Positions 20,446 to 31,076 of a stretch of DNA of 64,000 nt are shown here, piece after piece. The DNA is taken from contig JAIXQE010000172.1 in NCBI GenBank assembly GCA_027485815.1, positions 2,905 through 66,904 on the forward strand, given 5' to 3'. Each line of letters opens with the position of its first letter. Position 1 is the stretch's first letter. The position numbers and the translations under genes are program-made. Source of the stretch: Opitutaceae bacterium (GTDB lineage: Bacteria; Verrucomicrobiota; Verrucomicrobiia; Opitutales; Opitutaceae). The notes below the pieces were generated by a model. The model ran no database searches, had not been told where the DNA came from, and was given only the letters and a program-made list of their open reading frames with translations.

Positions 20446-20967
20446 ATGAGCTCCCCTTCCGCGCCCTCCGGCCTGCCCAAGCCCCTGCCCGGCCAACCCT
20501 GCCCCTGCGGCACCGGCCGCACCTTCGCGCAGTGCTGCGGCCCGCGCCTGGACGGTTCCGCACCCGCCGGCAACGCCGAGGAGCTGATGCGCTCCCGCTT
20601 CACCGCCCACGTCGCCCGCGACTGGCGCTACCTGCACGAGACCTACCGGCCGACCTCCCGGAAGCCCTACGTGGAGGAGACCGACGTCGCGGAGATCGCC
20701 TGGACCCGCCTCGTCATCCACCAACACGAGACCGGCCCGGCGCCGGACACCGCCACCGTGGACTTCACCGCCTACTTCGCCACCGAGCAGGGCGAGCAGG
20801 CGATGCACGAGAAGTCCGCCTTCGCGCGGATCGACGGCCGCTGGCTGTTCACGCGGACCGTGCGCAACGGCCCCCCTCCGGCGAAGCCCGCCGCCCCCCG
20901 CGTCGGCCGCAACGAGCCCTGCCCCTGCGGCAGCGGGCGCAAGTTCAAGCACTGCTGCGGCGCCTGA
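20446..20967 (+). CDS. YchJ-family protein with SEC-C zinc motifs at both termini
   Basis: [16 protein letters not shown] at the N-terminus and [16 protein letters not shown] at the C-terminus flank an NTF2-like core. Confidence 0.85.
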   Translation: MSSPSAPSGLPKPLPGQPCPCGTGRTFAQCCGPRLDGSAPAGNAEELMRSRFTAHVARDWRYLHETYRPTSRKPYVEETDVAEIAWTRLVIHQHETGPAPDTATVDFTAYFATEQGEQAMHEKSAFARIDGRWLFTRTVRNGPPPAKPAAPRVGRNEPCPCGSGRKFKHCCGA

Positions 20968-20981
20968 CGCCCCCTTTCCCC

Positions 20982-22283
20982 ATGGCGCGCCCCACCCCGA
21001 CCCCCCGCCGTTCCTTCCTCCGCTCCGGGCTGGCCGGCGCGCTCGCCGCCGGAGTCGCCCCCCGGTTCATCCCCGCCCGCCTCCTCGGCGCCGCCGCGCC
21101 CTCCGGCAAGGTCACCCTCGGCTGCATCGGCGTGGGCTCCCACGGTCTCGGGGTGAACCTCAACCAGTTCCTCCAGGAGGACGATTGCCGCATCGTCGCG
21201 GTCTGTGACGTGTTCGCGAACCGCCGCCAACGCGCGCGGGAGGCGGTCGACCGCCACCACGGCGGCAAAGGCTGCGCTGAATTCCGCGACTTCCGCGACC
21301 TGCTCGCCCGGCCGGACGTCGACGCCGTGGTCATTTCCACGCCCGACCACTGGCACGTGCCGATGGCCCTGCTCGCCCTGGCCGCGGGCAAGGCCGTGTT
21401 CTGCGAAAAGCCCACCCTCACCATCGCCGAGGGCCGGGCCTTGGCCGACGCGGTCGCCCGCCGGCCCGGCGCCTTCTTCGCCACCGGCCTCGAGGACCGC
21501 GCGGTGATCCCGTACCCCAAGCTCGCCGAGGTCGTCGGCAACGGCGGCATCGGCCGCCTCCGCCGCATCCAGGTCGGCCTGCCGGTGAAGCCCCTCTTCC
21601 CGCTGGAGGCGCCCGCCCCCGTCCCGGAGGGCCTCGATTACGAGCTCTGGCTCGGCCCCGCGCCGTTCCGGCCGTATTCCCCCACCCTCACCGACGCCCA
21701 GTGCTGGCGGCAGATCCGCGACTTCTCGGGCGGCTCCCTCACCGACTGGGGCGCACACCTGGTGGACACCGCGCAGGTCGCGGCCGGCGTGGAGGAGACC
21801 GGACCGGTGGCGATCCGCGGCCGCGGGGAATTCCCGACCGGGGCGTTCAACACCACCGCGCGCACCTACGAGCTCGAGTACACCTACGCGAACGGCGTCG
21901 TCCTCACGGTCGGGGCCAGCCAGCCCTCGATCCGCCTCGAGGGCGACGCGGGCTGGGTGGGCAACCGCGGGTGGCTCGGCCGCCTGGAGGGCAGCGACCC
22001 GGCAGTGTTCCGCCAGACGTGGGACCCGGCCGCAAACCGCCTCTGGCCGCGGCGGCCACGCGAGCACCGCGACTTCCTCGACTGCCTGCGGGCCGGACGG
22101 GCCCCGATGTACCCGGCGGAGGCGCTGCACCGGCTCAGCACCACCCTCCACCTCGGCGCGATCGCGATGGAACTGGGCCGACCCCTGCGCTGGGACCCGG
22201 CCGCGGAACGCTTCGTGGACGATACGGCGGCCGACGCCCTCCGCAGCCGGAAGTCACGGGACGACTGGCAGCGCCGCGGCTGA
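20982..22283 (+). CDS. Gfo/Idh/MocA family oxidoreductase with TAT signal
   Basis: ATG 20982 gives MARPTPTPRRSFLRSGLAGALAAGV. Also VTLGCIGVGSHGLGVNL and VFCEKPTLT. Confidence 0.85.
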   Translation: MARPTPTPRRSFLRSGLAGALAAGVAPRFIPARLLGAAAPSGKVTLGCIGVGSHGLGVNLNQFLQEDDCRIVAVCDVFANRRQRAREAVDRHHGGKGCAEFRDFRDLLARPDVDAVVISTPDHWHVPMALLALAAGKAVFCEKPTLTIAEGRALADAVARRPGAFFATGLEDRAVIPYPKLAEVVGNGGIGRLRRIQVGLPVKPLFPLEAPAPVPEGLDYELWLGPAPFRPYSPTLTDAQCWRQIRDFSGGSLTDWGAHLVDTAQVAAGVEETGPVAIRGRGEFPTGAFNTTARTYELEYTYANGVVLTVGASQPSIRLEGDAGWVGNRGWLGRLEGSDPAVFRQTWDPAANRLWPRRPREHRDFLDCLRAGRAPMYPAEALHRLSTTLHLGAIAMELGRPLRWDPAAERFVDDTAADALRSRKSRDDWQRRG

Positions 22284-22291
22284 GCCTCGCG

Positions 22292-23533
22292 ATGACGCCC
22301 GCCGACTACATCCGTCGTCACCCGGAACGGTTGCTCGCCCGCCTGCGGCACCTGGTCGGCATCCCGACGATCAATCCGCCGGGCGACCATTACGGGGCGA
22401 TCACGACGTGGTTGCAGCGGGAACTGGGCGCCGTGGGTTGCCCGGCCCAGCGTTACCCGATCCCGGACCGCCTGCTGCGGCAGGTGTTGCCGCCGGCGCA
22501 GCACGGCCATCCGCGCTACAACGTCCTCGGGCGCCGCCGCGTGGGCGCGGGCGCGAAGACCCTGCATTTTAACGCGCATTACGACGTCGTCCCCGTCTCG
22601 GGGCGCTGGCGGCACGGCGATCCCTTCAGCGGAAAGGAGGCGGCAGGCTGGATCTACGGCCGGGGCACCGCGGACATGAAGGGTTCGATCGCCAGCCTGC
22701 TGCTGGCCCTCGAGGCCCTGCAGGCGACCGGGACCGCGCCCCGGCTGAACGTGGAGGTGTCGTTCACCGCGGATGAGGAGACCGATTCCGCGCTGGGGGC
22801 CGGCTGGCTGGTGCAACACGCGCCGATCGCCCCGGACTACGCGGTCGTGATGGAAGGCGGCGAGGGGCGGAACATCTGTTGCGGCCACAACGGCACCCTC
22901 TGGTTCGAGGTCGAGGTGCAGGGCCGGGCCGCGCACGGCTCCACCCCGGAACGGGGCGTGAACGCCCTGGTGGGGATGGCCGCGCTGGTGGGGCGCTTCG
23001 CGGATTACGAGCGGACCCTCGCGGGCCGGACCTGGCGCACCCCGGAGGGCCGGCAGATGCGGCCGACCGTGAACCTCGGCGGCGTCTTCCACTGCGGCGA
23101 AGGGGCCAAGATCAACACCGTCCCGGCGCACGCCAGCTTCACCGTCGACCGGCGGGTGCTGCCGGCGGAGGACCACGCCGCGGCCGAGCGCGAGTTCCGG
23201 ACCTTCGTCGCGCAGGCCGCGCGGGACTTGCCGGCCGGCAAGGTGCGCGTCCGCAAGCTGGCCGAGAACTTCGCGTGCTTCAGCCCGCCCACCCATCCGT
23301 TCTTCGCCGCGATGGCGGGCTGCGTCCGGCGCGTCCGCGGGACGCCCACCCGGTTCAACGTCTCCACCGGTTTCAACGACATGCACTTCTTCGCGCACCA
23401 CCGGCGGATCCCGACCCTGGGCTACGGCCCGGGCGGCGAGCGCTGCCACGCGGTCGACGAGCGGGCGAAGGTGCGCGAGTTGCTCGCTAGCGCCCGGATC
23501 TACGCGGAGCTGATGACCACCTTCGCCGGCTGA
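22292..23533 (+). CDS. M20 family metallopeptidase (ArgE/DapE/ACY1-like)
   Basis: HFNAHYDVVPV, GRGTADMKGSIASLLLA, SFTADEET and a C-terminal GYGPG...HAVDE pattern. It starts 8 nt after the preceding gene. Confidence 0.85.
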   Translation: MTPADYIRRHPERLLARLRHLVGIPTINPPGDHYGAITTWLQRELGAVGCPAQRYPIPDRLLRQVLPPAQHGHPRYNVLGRRRVGAGAKTLHFNAHYDVVPVSGRWRHGDPFSGKEAAGWIYGRGTADMKGSIASLLLALEALQATGTAPRLNVEVSFTADEETDSALGAGWLVQHAPIAPDYAVVMEGGEGRNICCGHNGTLWFEVEVQGRAAHGSTPERGVNALVGMAALVGRFADYERTLAGRTWRTPEGRQMRPTVNLGGVFHCGEGAKINTVPAHASFTVDRRVLPAEDHAAAEREFRTFVAQAARDLPAGKVRVRKLAENFACFSPPTHPFFAAMAGCVRRVRGTPTRFNVSTGFNDMHFFAHHRRIPTLGYGPGGERCHAVDERAKVRELLASARIYAELMTTFAG

Positions 23534-23551
23534 ACGTCCCCCGGGGCGGGT

Positions 23552-24004
23552 TCAGCGGGCGATATCGGCCTGCGTCAGGATGCGGAAGCCGCGCTTCCCG
23601 AGGGCCTGAGCGGCGACCTCAGCGTCCTCCGCATTGATCGCGAGGGCCGATTTCCCCTCGGGACGGCGGATGAAGCTGTAGACGTAGTGAATGTTGATCT
23701 CCGCCTCGTAGAGGGCCGCCAGCACCCCGCTCAGCTCCCCTTCACCGGCGAGCTCGACCGCCAGGACCTCCACCTCGGTGTAAGGGAAGTCATTGTTCAC
23801 CATCAGCTCCCGCGCCCGCTCCGGATCGTCGACAATGACCCGGACGATCGCGCTGTCGGTCGTGTCGAGGACCGTGATGGCGATGAGGTGGACCTCGTTT
23901 TTCCGGAACAGGGAGGTCAGGTCGTGAAGGCGGCCGACGCGATTTTCGGCGAAAATCGAGAACTGGCGGACGGGATCGCGGGCCGAGAGGGAGACGGAGC
24001 TCAT
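23552..24004 (-). CDS. ACT domain-containing protein (two ACT-like halves)
   Basis: FSIFAENRVGRLHDLTSLFRKNEVHLIAITV and VELAGEGELSGVLAALYEAEINIHYVYSF are beta-alpha-beta-beta-alpha-beta ACT signatures. Confidence 0.7.
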   Translation of the reverse strand: MSSVSLSARDPVRQFSIFAENRVGRLHDLTSLFRKNEVHLIAITVLDTTDSAIVRVIVDDPERARELMVNNDFPYTEVEVLAVELAGEGELSGVLAALYEAEINIHYVYSFIRRPEGKSALAINAEDAEVAAQALGKRGFRILTQADIAR

Positions 24005-24137
24005 CCTGCGCCCAAGCTAGCCCCGCGTGCCGGCGGGTCAACGGCGGTTTGGGGCCTGCTCACCCGCGATTCCGGGTGCAGCGGCCGCTTGCGTCTGACC
24101 TCGCGTCGCGCACCCTCCCCTCTTTCGCACCGCACCC

Positions 24138-27100
24138 ATGACCTCCACCCTGTTCCGCCCGCTGCTCGCGCTCCCATTCCTGGGCGCCCTCTCCCTCGGG
24201 GCCCAAACCGCCCCGGCCCCCGCGTCGGCCGCCGCGGCGGCCGACGTGCCCCTCAAGCTCGAGGCCTTCACCGTGACCGGCTCCAATGTGAAGCGGCTGG
24301 AAGTCGAGAAGGTGCTGCCCGTGACCATCTTTGACGCCGCGGCGATGGAAATCCGCGATCCCGGCCAGCCCTCGGACCTGATCACCGCGCTGCCGCAGGT
24401 GACCGGCCTGCCCGGCAACGAAACCGCCACCCTGGGGGCGACCGCCCCCGGCGACAACGCCAGCGTCTCCCTGCGCGGGATTCCCTCCAGCAACACCCTG
24501 GTGCTGCTCAACGGCCGCCGCCTCGTCCCCCACCCGATCAGCCAGAGCGAAGCCGGGGTCCCGACCCTCTCCACCAACATCAACCAGTTGCCCAACCGGG
24601 GCTTGGAGCGGGTGGAGGTGCTGCGCGACGGCGCCTCGTCCGTCTACGGCTCCGATGCCGTGGCCGGGGTCATCAACTACACGATGCAGCGCAACTTCCG
24701 CGGCACCGAACTGGCCCTGCGCTACGGGGTGACCGAGTACGGCGACGGCACCGAGTACCGGGGCACCCTAACCCACGGGCTGACCTTCGCAGGCAAGCGG
24801 GGGCGGGCGGTGCTGACGGCGGACTATTACCTGCGCGACCCGATCTATGCCCGCGACCGGCCCTTCTCGGCGGATGGTGACAACAGCGCCCGGGCCCCGG
24901 CGCCGTGGCAGCAGGGCGACACCACCGCGGCGGGGGCCTTCAATGCCCGTTCCGCGACCACGCCCTTCGGTAATTTCCTGCTGGGGACCGTGACCGCCAC
25001 CAATGCCTTCGGGGCGGTCACCGGGTTTGCCGGAAGCCGGCCGGCGGGCGTGCCGGCGACGATGGCCGCGACTTCGGGCCTGTTTGTCCTGACTCCCACC
25101 GCGACCGGCGTGGGCTTCGCGCCGGCGGCGCCGATCCGGACCGGCATCACCCGGGACTACTATTGGAACAATAATGCCTATCGCGTCATCCAGCCGAAGA
25201 CCGCCCGCACCAACGTGCACGCGGCGGCCGAGCTGGATGTGAACGACCGCGTCACGGCGTTCGCGGACTTCACCCTGTATCGGGCGCATTCGGTGACCTA
25301 CCGCGAGCCGGACGGCGTCACGCAGAGCACGGATGGCTTCATCATCGTGCCCGTGACCAATCCCTGGAATCCCTTTGGCAACCGCTTCTGGTCGCCCACG
25401 GGCGCGCCGAATGCGGACGGCACGCCGCGGCTCACCGGCACCCCGTCGGCGGTGTCGATCACCAACAAGCGGCTGACCGATCTGGCGACGCGGACCGATT
25501 ACGTGGACACGGCCCTGTACCGGGGCGTGGCGGGCCTGCGCGGCAAGCTGCTCAGCACCTGGAGTTGGGAAGCGGCGGTGCTGTGGGCGCAGGGTCGCGT
25601 GACCGAGAACGAGGAGGGGCCGACCCGGAAGAGCCTGTTGATCCAGGCGATCAACCAGACCGAGCCGGGGCGGGCGTTCAACCCCTTCACCCGCACCTTC
25701 GCGGTGCAGAACGGCCAGCTGGTGGTTACCGGTCCGTACGAGAACCCGGAGAGCGTGCAGTCGACCTTCCGTTCCAGCTTTATCCGCAGCGGTATCACCA
25801 AGCTGGGCAGCGCGGACTTCCGCGCGAGCGGCGATGTGGTGCAGCTCTGGGGCGGCAACACGGTGGGCGCGGCCTTCGGCGGTGAATTCCGCTACGAAGC
25901 CTACGATGACTACCGCCCGCCGTTCGCGGGCTTGAATCCGCCGGGCTCGGGCCTGGATCCGGTCGCGAACGATTTCCTGGGCTTCTCGCCGAATTCGGAC
26001 ACCCATGGCAACCGCCACGTCGCGGCGCTGTACGCCGAGGCGGTCGTCCCGCTGGTCGGGCGCAACTTCCAGCTGCCGCTGGTGCGCTCCCTGGAGCTGT
26101 CGGCTTCGGCGCGGTACGAGAGCTACACCGACTTCGGCGACACCACCAAGCCCAAGCTGGGCGTCAATTGGCGGCCCTTTGACTGGGCGATGGTGCGGGC
26201 CTCGTACAACGAGGGCTTCCACGCGCCGAACCTGGCCCAGCTGTTCACCGGCACCCTGATCCGGACCGTGACGGGCAGCACCGACACCTACCGCAGCACC
26301 GTGACGGGGTTGATCACCGATGGGCCGTCGAACCGGCGCAGCGTGGCCTCGGGTAACCGGGACCTGCAGCCGGAAGCCTCGCGGGGCAAGTCGGCCGGCG
26401 TGGTCATCGAGGTGCCGGGCGTGCGCGGGCTGTCGGTCTCGGTCGATTACTGGGAGATTCGCCAGCTGGATCTGATCGCGTCGGGCGGTGGCATTGCGGA
26501 CGACACCGCGGCGCTGCTGGCGGCGACCCAGTCCGCCCTCGCGGCGGGCCAGACCGTCGGCCAGGTGGACCTCGGTTCGGGCACGGGCGCCTACAAGGGC
26601 GATCCCTCCGTGGTGCGGCTGCCGGTGACGGCGGCGGACCGGGAGGCCTTCGCCGCCTACAATGCGACGCGCGCCCCAGGCAACCAGCGGGCCGTGGTCG
26701 GGGCGATCGACATCCTGCGGACCAGTTACTTCAACAAGGCGCAGCAGTTCGTGAACGGGTTTGATTTCGACGTCAGCTACCGGTTCCCGCAGCTGAGCGT
26801 CGGCCAGTTCCGCACCAACACGACCTGGACGTACCTGAACGAGTTCTACGCCTACAGTCTGCCCGTGGGTGACAGCCGGCGCACCCGGGCCAATTACCGG
26901 GATGGCAACAGCGTGAACGCGGGCGGGGCGACCCCGATCTGGCGCGGCAGCACCAACCTCACCTGGAAGAAGGGCGATTGGGGCGCGGGCCTGGGCTGGT
27001 ACTACACCGGGAGCTTCACCGACGTGAACATCACCACCACCAAGGCCACCTGGGATTCCCTGGGGAATCCGGGCTATATCCGGCCGGTGCTGAACAACGG

Positions 27101-27335
27101 CGCGCTGTCGTACCGGTTCATCGTCAAGGCGAGCAGCAGCTACAATCTGTTCGTGACGCACCGCCTGCAGTTGCCGGGCAACTGGCTGCACCACACCAAT
27201 GTGCGCCTGGGCGTGAACAACCTGTTCAACACGGAGCCGCCGCTCTCGGGCGACTCCCGCGGGTACGAGCCGTCCGTGTACAACGTGATGGCCCGTGGCC
27301 GCACCTATGCGCTGCAGCTGACGCGCAAGTTCTGA
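24138..27335 (+). CDS. TonB-dependent receptor
   Basis: A signal peptide is present. Plug motifs: SLRGIPSSNTLVLLNGRRL and LERVEVLRDGASSVYGSDAVAGVINY. A long beta-barrel follows, and the C-terminus is ...TYALQLTRKF. Confidence 0.85.
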   Translation: MTSTLFRPLLALPFLGALSLGAQTAPAPASAAAAADVPLKLEAFTVTGSNVKRLEVEKVLPVTIFDAAAMEIRDPGQPSDLITALPQVTGLPGNETATLGATAPGDNASVSLRGIPSSNTLVLLNGRRLVPHPISQSEAGVPTLSTNINQLPNRGLERVEVLRDGASSVYGSDAVAGVINYTMQRNFRGTELALRYGVTEYGDGTEYRGTLTHGLTFAGKRGRAVLTADYYLRDPIYARDRPFSADGDNSARAPAPWQQGDTTAAGAFNARSATTPFGNFLLGTVTATNAFGAVTGFAGSRPAGVPATMAATSGLFVLTPTATGVGFAPAAPIRTGITRDYYWNNNAYRVIQPKTARTNVHAAAELDVNDRVTAFADFTLYRAHSVTYREPDGVTQSTDGFIIVPVTNPWNPFGNRFWSPTGAPNADGTPRLTGTPSAVSITNKRLTDLATRTDYVDTALYRGVAGLRGKLLSTWSWEAAVLWAQGRVTENEEGPTRKSLLIQAINQTEPGRAFNPFTRTFAVQNGQLVVTGPYENPESVQSTFRSSFIRSGITKLGSADFRASGDVVQLWGGNTVGAAFGGEFRYEAYDDYRPPFAGLNPPGSGLDPVANDFLGFSPNSDTHGNRHVAALYAEAVVPLVGRNFQLPLVRSLELSASARYESYTDFGDTTKPKLGVNWRPFDWAMVRASYNEGFHAPNLAQLFTGTLIRTVTGSTDTYRSTVTGLITDGPSNRRSVASGNRDLQPEASRGKSAGVVIEVPGVRGLSVSVDYWEIRQLDLIASGGGIADDTAALLAATQSALAAGQTVGQVDLGSGTGAYKGDPSVVRLPVTAADREAFAAYNATRAPGNQRAVVGAIDILRTSYFNKAQQFVNGFDFDVSYRFPQLSVGQFRTNTTWTYLNEFYAYSLPVGDSRRTRANYRDGNSVNAGGATPIWRGSTNLTWKKGDWGAGLGWYYTGSFTDVNITTTKATWDSLGNPGYIRPVLNNGALSYRFIVKASSSYNLFVTHRLQLPGNWLHHTNVRLGVNNLFNTEPPLSGDSRGYEPSVYNVMARGRTYALQLTRKF

Positions 27336-27449
27336 GCGCGGGCCCGGCCGGCGGACGCGGCGCCCACCCGCGGACGCCGGCTCCGGCCGGGTGGTTCCTT
27401 TCCTCCCTCGTGGCCGCGGCGGCCGGTCCGCCGCACCTTGGACTTCCTG

Positions 27450-29273
27450 ATGAAAACGACTTCCTCCGTCCCGCTTTCCCGCAACGAGCACCTGCTGCGT
27501 TGGGTCGACAAGATGGCGGCCCTGTGCCGACCGGCGGCAATCCACTGGGTGGATGGTTCGCAGGCGGAGTACGAGGCCTTGTGCGGGCAGTTGGTGACCG
27601 CGGGCACCTTCACCCGATTGAACCAGGAGCGGTGGCCGGGGTGTTACCTGGCGCGGAGTGATCCAGGGGATGTGGCGCGGGTGGAGGACCGGACCTTCAT
27701 CTGCTCGCATTCGCGGGAGGCCGCGGGGCCGACCAACAATTGGGTCAACCCGTACGAGATGCGGCGGAAGCTGCGGGAACTGTTCAGCGGCTGCATGGCG
27801 GGGCGGACGATGTACGTGTTGCCCTTCAGCATGGGCCCGGTTGGTTCGCCGATGGCGCAGATCGGCGTGGAGCTGACCGATTCTCCCTACGTGGTGGTGA
27901 ACATGCGGATCATGGCCCGGATTGGCCTGCCGGTGTTCCAGGAGATCGACAAGAAGGACCGGCGGGTGGTGCCCTGCCTGCATTCGGTGGGGGCGCCCTT
28001 GGCGCCGGGGCAGGCGGACGTGGCGTGGCCCTGCAACCGGGAGAAGTACATCGTGCACTTTCCGGAGACCCGGGAGATCTGGAGCTACGGCTCGGGCTAC
28101 GGCGGCAACGCCCTCCTCGGGAAGAAGTGCTTCGCGCTGCGCATCGCGTCCAACATGGCCCGCGACGAGGGCTGGATGGCGGAGCATATGCTGATCCTGG
28201 GCGTGGAGGATCCGCGCGGGGAAAAGACCTACGTCGCGGCGGCGTTCCCGAGCGCGTGCGGGAAGACCAACTTCGCGATGCTGATCCCGCCCCCGCCCTT
28301 CCAGGAGAAGGGCTGGAAGGTGTGGACCGTGGGCGATGACATCGCCTGGATCCGCCCGGATGCGCAGGGGCGCTTGCGGGCGATCAACCCCGAGGCCGGC
28401 TTCTTCGGGGTGGCTCCGGGCACCTCGGTCCGGACCAATCCCAATGCAATGGCCGCCTTGGCGCGGAACACCATCTTCACCAACGTCGCCCTGACGCCGG
28501 AAGGCGGCGTGTGGTGGGAGGAGATGACGCCCGAGCTGCCGGCGCGGTTGACGGACTGGCAGGGGAAGGAATGGACCCCGGAGATCGCGCGGGCGACCGG
28601 GGCGAAGGCGGCGCACCCGAACGCGCGGTTCACCGCCCCGGCGTCCCAGTGCCCGACCATCGATCCGGCGTGGGAGGACCCGGAGGGCGTGCCGTTGAGC
28701 GCGATCGTCTTCGGGGGCCGGCGGGCGACCACCATGCCGCTGGTGTACCAGGCGTTCAACTGGAGCTCGGGCGTCTACATGGGTGCGACCATGGGTTCCG
28801 AGATGACGGCGGCGGCGGCGGGCACGGTGGGCAAGGTACGCCGGGACCCGATGGCGATGCTGCCGTTCTGCGGCTACCACATGGGCGACTATTTCCGGCA
28901 CTGGATCGGGATGCAGAAGCGCCTGACCGAGACCCCGCGGATCTTCCATGTGAATTGGTTCCGCAAGGGGCCGGACGGGAAGTTCCTGTGGCCGGGGTTT
29001 GGCGACAACATGCGGGTGCTGAAGTGGATCGTAGACCGGGCGCGGGGGCGCGCCTTGGCCCGGGAGACCCCGATCGGCTGGATGCCGCATTACGAGGACC
29101 TCGACTGGACCGGGATGGATTTCCCGCGCGAACAGTTCGAGGCGCTACAGCACTTCGACCGCGCCCTGTGGCGGCAGGAGGTGATCGGGCACGAGGAGCT
29201 GTTCCTCGACCTGCACTCCCACCTGCCGAAGGAAATGATCTACGAGCGGGAGCTCCTGATCTGCCGAATGTAG
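27450..29273 (+). CDS. pckG: phosphoenolpyruvate carboxykinase (GTP)
   Basis: [10 protein letters not shown]..., [13 protein letters not shown] (kinase-1a), [13 protein letters not shown] and [24 protein letters not shown]. Track start 27438 is TTG, and I prefer ATG 27450. Confidence 0.95.
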   Translation: MKTTSSVPLSRNEHLLRWVDKMAALCRPAAIHWVDGSQAEYEALCGQLVTAGTFTRLNQERWPGCYLARSDPGDVARVEDRTFICSHSREAAGPTNNWVNPYEMRRKLRELFSGCMAGRTMYVLPFSMGPVGSPMAQIGVELTDSPYVVVNMRIMARIGLPVFQEIDKKDRRVVPCLHSVGAPLAPGQADVAWPCNREKYIVHFPETREIWSYGSGYGGNALLGKKCFALRIASNMARDEGWMAEHMLILGVEDPRGEKTYVAAAFPSACGKTNFAMLIPPPPFQEKGWKVWTVGDDIAWIRPDAQGRLRAINPEAGFFGVAPGTSVRTNPNAMAALARNTIFTNVALTPEGGVWWEEMTPELPARLTDWQGKEWTPEIARATGAKAAHPNARFTAPASQCPTIDPAWEDPEGVPLSAIVFGGRRATTMPLVYQAFNWSSGVYMGATMGSEMTAAAAGTVGKVRRDPMAMLPFCGYHMGDYFRHWIGMQKRLTETPRIFHVNWFRKGPDGKFLWPGFGDNMRVLKWIVDRARGRALARETPIGWMPHYEDLDWTGMDFPREQFEALQHFDRALWRQEVIGHEELFLDLHSHLPKEMIYERELLICRM

Positions 29274-29338
29274 GCGCAGGGGCGGGCGGCGGGCAGCGGC
29301 GGCTTGCGTCCGGACCACCGCCCGCAAGCCTCCGAGCG

Positions 29339-30283
29339 ATGCCCAGTCCCGCGTCCCCGCCCTTGCCGGTGACCGTCGCGATTCCCACCTACAATCGCGC
29401 CGGATGGCTGCGCCAGACCCTCGCGGGACTGGTGGCGCAGGATTTTCCGGCGGCGGATTACGAGATTCTGGTGATCGATAACAATTCGCGGGATGAGACC
29501 GCGGCGGTCGTGGCGGAGTTCGCCGGGGCGAACCCCGCCCCCCGGCATCTTCGCGAACCGCGCCAAGGGCTGGATCACGCCCGCAACCGCGCCGTCGTCG
29601 AGGCGCGCGGGCGGGTGCTCCTGTTTGGGGACGACGACATTCTGGTCGGGCCGGACTGGATCCGGCAGTTGGCGGGGCCGCTGCTCGGGGATGCGGCGGG
29701 GCGGATCGGGGCGGTGGGGGGCGAGGTGATCCCGGTGTTTCCGGAGGGCCAGCCGGCGTGGATCCGCGACTGGCATGCGCCGCTGGCCTTTAGGGTGGAC
29801 GCGGGGCCGTTGCCGCCGGAGCAGTGCCCGATGGGGGCGAATCTGGCGTTTCCGCGGTGGGTGTTCGAGCGGCTGGGGCTGTTCCACACCGGGCTGGACC
29901 GGGCGGCGGGCAACTATTTCTCGGGCGGCGACAGCGAGATGATCCGGCGGGTACGCCGGGCGGGGCTGGAGGTGTGGTTCAGTCCGGCGGCGGCGGTGCG
30001 GCACCAGATGCCGGCCAGCCGGACCACCTTCCGCTATGCGGCGCGGCACGCCTTCGATTCGGCGCGTTCGCGCGTCATTGACCGGGCGGGGCAGCCGGGC
30101 GGGGCGGCGTACCTCGTGGGGCGGCTGCCGGCGAACGGCCTGAAGCTGGCCGGCTTTGTGGTGCTGGCCCTCCTGCAGGGCCTGTGCCTGCGGCCGGGGG
30201 CGGCCAAGCAGGCGCTGGTGCGGGCGTGGCGGTCCTGCGGTTACCTGTACCAGATCCCGCGGAGCCTGGCGGGGCGGAGATGA
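29339..30283 (+). CDS. glycosyltransferase family 2
   Basis: VTVAIPTYNRAGWLRQTLAGLVAQDFPAADYEILVIDNNSRDET and a DDD motif (LLFGDDDILV). ATG 29339 lies inside track ORF 28511. Confidence 0.85.
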   Translation: MPSPASPPLPVTVAIPTYNRAGWLRQTLAGLVAQDFPAADYEILVIDNNSRDETAAVVAEFAGANPAPRHLREPRQGLDHARNRAVVEARGRVLLFGDDDILVGPDWIRQLAGPLLGDAAGRIGAVGGEVIPVFPEGQPAWIRDWHAPLAFRVDAGPLPPEQCPMGANLAFPRWVFERLGLFHTGLDRAAGNYFSGGDSEMIRRVRRAGLEVWFSPAAAVRHQMPASRTTFRYAARHAFDSARSRVIDRAGQPGGAAYLVGRLPANGLKLAGFVVLALLQGLCLRPGAAKQALVRAWRSCGYLYQIPRSLAGRR

Positions 30284-30287
30284 GGCA

Positions 30288-31076
30288 ATGACGGCCCTCC
30301 CCTCCCCTGTGCCGGCGGTGTCGGTGGTCATCGTGGCCCGCAACGAGGCGGCGAACCTGCCACGTTGCCTCGCCAGCGTGCGGGGATGGACGGCGGAGGT
30401 CATCGTGGCCCTGAACGGGACGACGGACGCGAGTGCCGCGATCGCGCGGGAAGCGGGAGCGGTGGTCCACGAGTTGCCCTGGCAGGGGTACCGGGACACC
30501 AAGAACGCGGCCTTGGCGTTGGCGAAACAGCCGTGGGTGCTGGCGCTGGATGCGGACGAGGAGGTGTCGCCCGAGCTGCGGGCGGAGATTTTGGCGTTCC
30601 TGGCGGCGCCAGGGGCGCATGCGGGGGCGCGGTTTCCGCGCAAGACGTGGTTCATTGACCGGTGGATCACCCACGGGGACTGGTATCCGGACCACTGCCT
30701 GCGCCTGCTGCGCAAGGAGCGGTCGCGGTGGGTCGGGGACGCCTTCGTGCACGAGCGGGCGGAGTGTGAGGGTCCGGTGGCGACGCTGCGGGCGGACCTG
30801 TTGCACCATTCGTTCCCGAGCTTGTCGGCGCATGTGGCCAAGGTGAATCCGTTCGCGGACCTGTTCCTGCGGCAGCAGCAGGCGCGGGGCCGGCGTTTCG
30901 GGCTGGGGGCGGCGGTGTTCCGCCCGGCGTGGCGGTTTTTCCGGGGGTACGTGTTGCGGCGGGGATTTCTCGATGGGTTCCCCGGATGGTACATCGCGTG
31001 GGCGACCGCGTTCGGGGCGCTGGTGCGGTATGGCCGGCTGTATGAGGCGGAGCGGCGGAGGGAACCCGATGCCTAA
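30288..31076 (+). CDS. glycosyltransferase family 2 (LPS-core WaaE/KdtX-like)
   Basis: VSVVIVARNEAANLPRCLASV, LALDADEEV and HHSFPSLSAHVAKVNPFADL. It starts 4 nt after the previous GT2 stop. Confidence 0.8.
   Translation: MTALPSPVPAVSVVIVARNEAANLPRCLASVRGWTAEVIVALNGTTDASAAIAREAGAVVHELPWQGYRDTKNAALALAKQPWVLALDADEEVSPELRAEILAFLAAPGAHAGARFPRKTWFIDRWITHGDWYPDHCLRLLRKERSRWVGDAFVHERAECEGPVATLRADLLHHSFPSLSAHVAKVNPFADLFLRQQQARGRRFGLGAAVFRPAWRFFRGYVLRRGFLDGFPGWYIAWATAFGALVRYGRLYEAERRREPDA

Noticed and set aside
27336-27437. A nested GC-rich hairpin after the first TonB-dependent receptor gene as an intrinsic terminator.
   Set aside because: The stems are plausible (CCGGCCGG... / ...CCGGCCGG), but no U-tract follows, and pckG begins about 100 nt downstream. 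This is too uncertain to list as a feature.
24768-29090. A 1440-aa ORF antisense to the TonB-dependent receptor and pckG genes. Similar giant antisense ORFs occur at 17964..20603, 9944..12409, 50164..52797, 1961..3418 and 38055..40523.
   Set aside because: These ORFs are Arg/Pro/Gly/Ala-rich and low in complexity, and they contain no recognisable motifs. Each mirrors a sense-strand gene with clear family signatures. Such stop-free antisense frames are expected in DNA this GC-rich.
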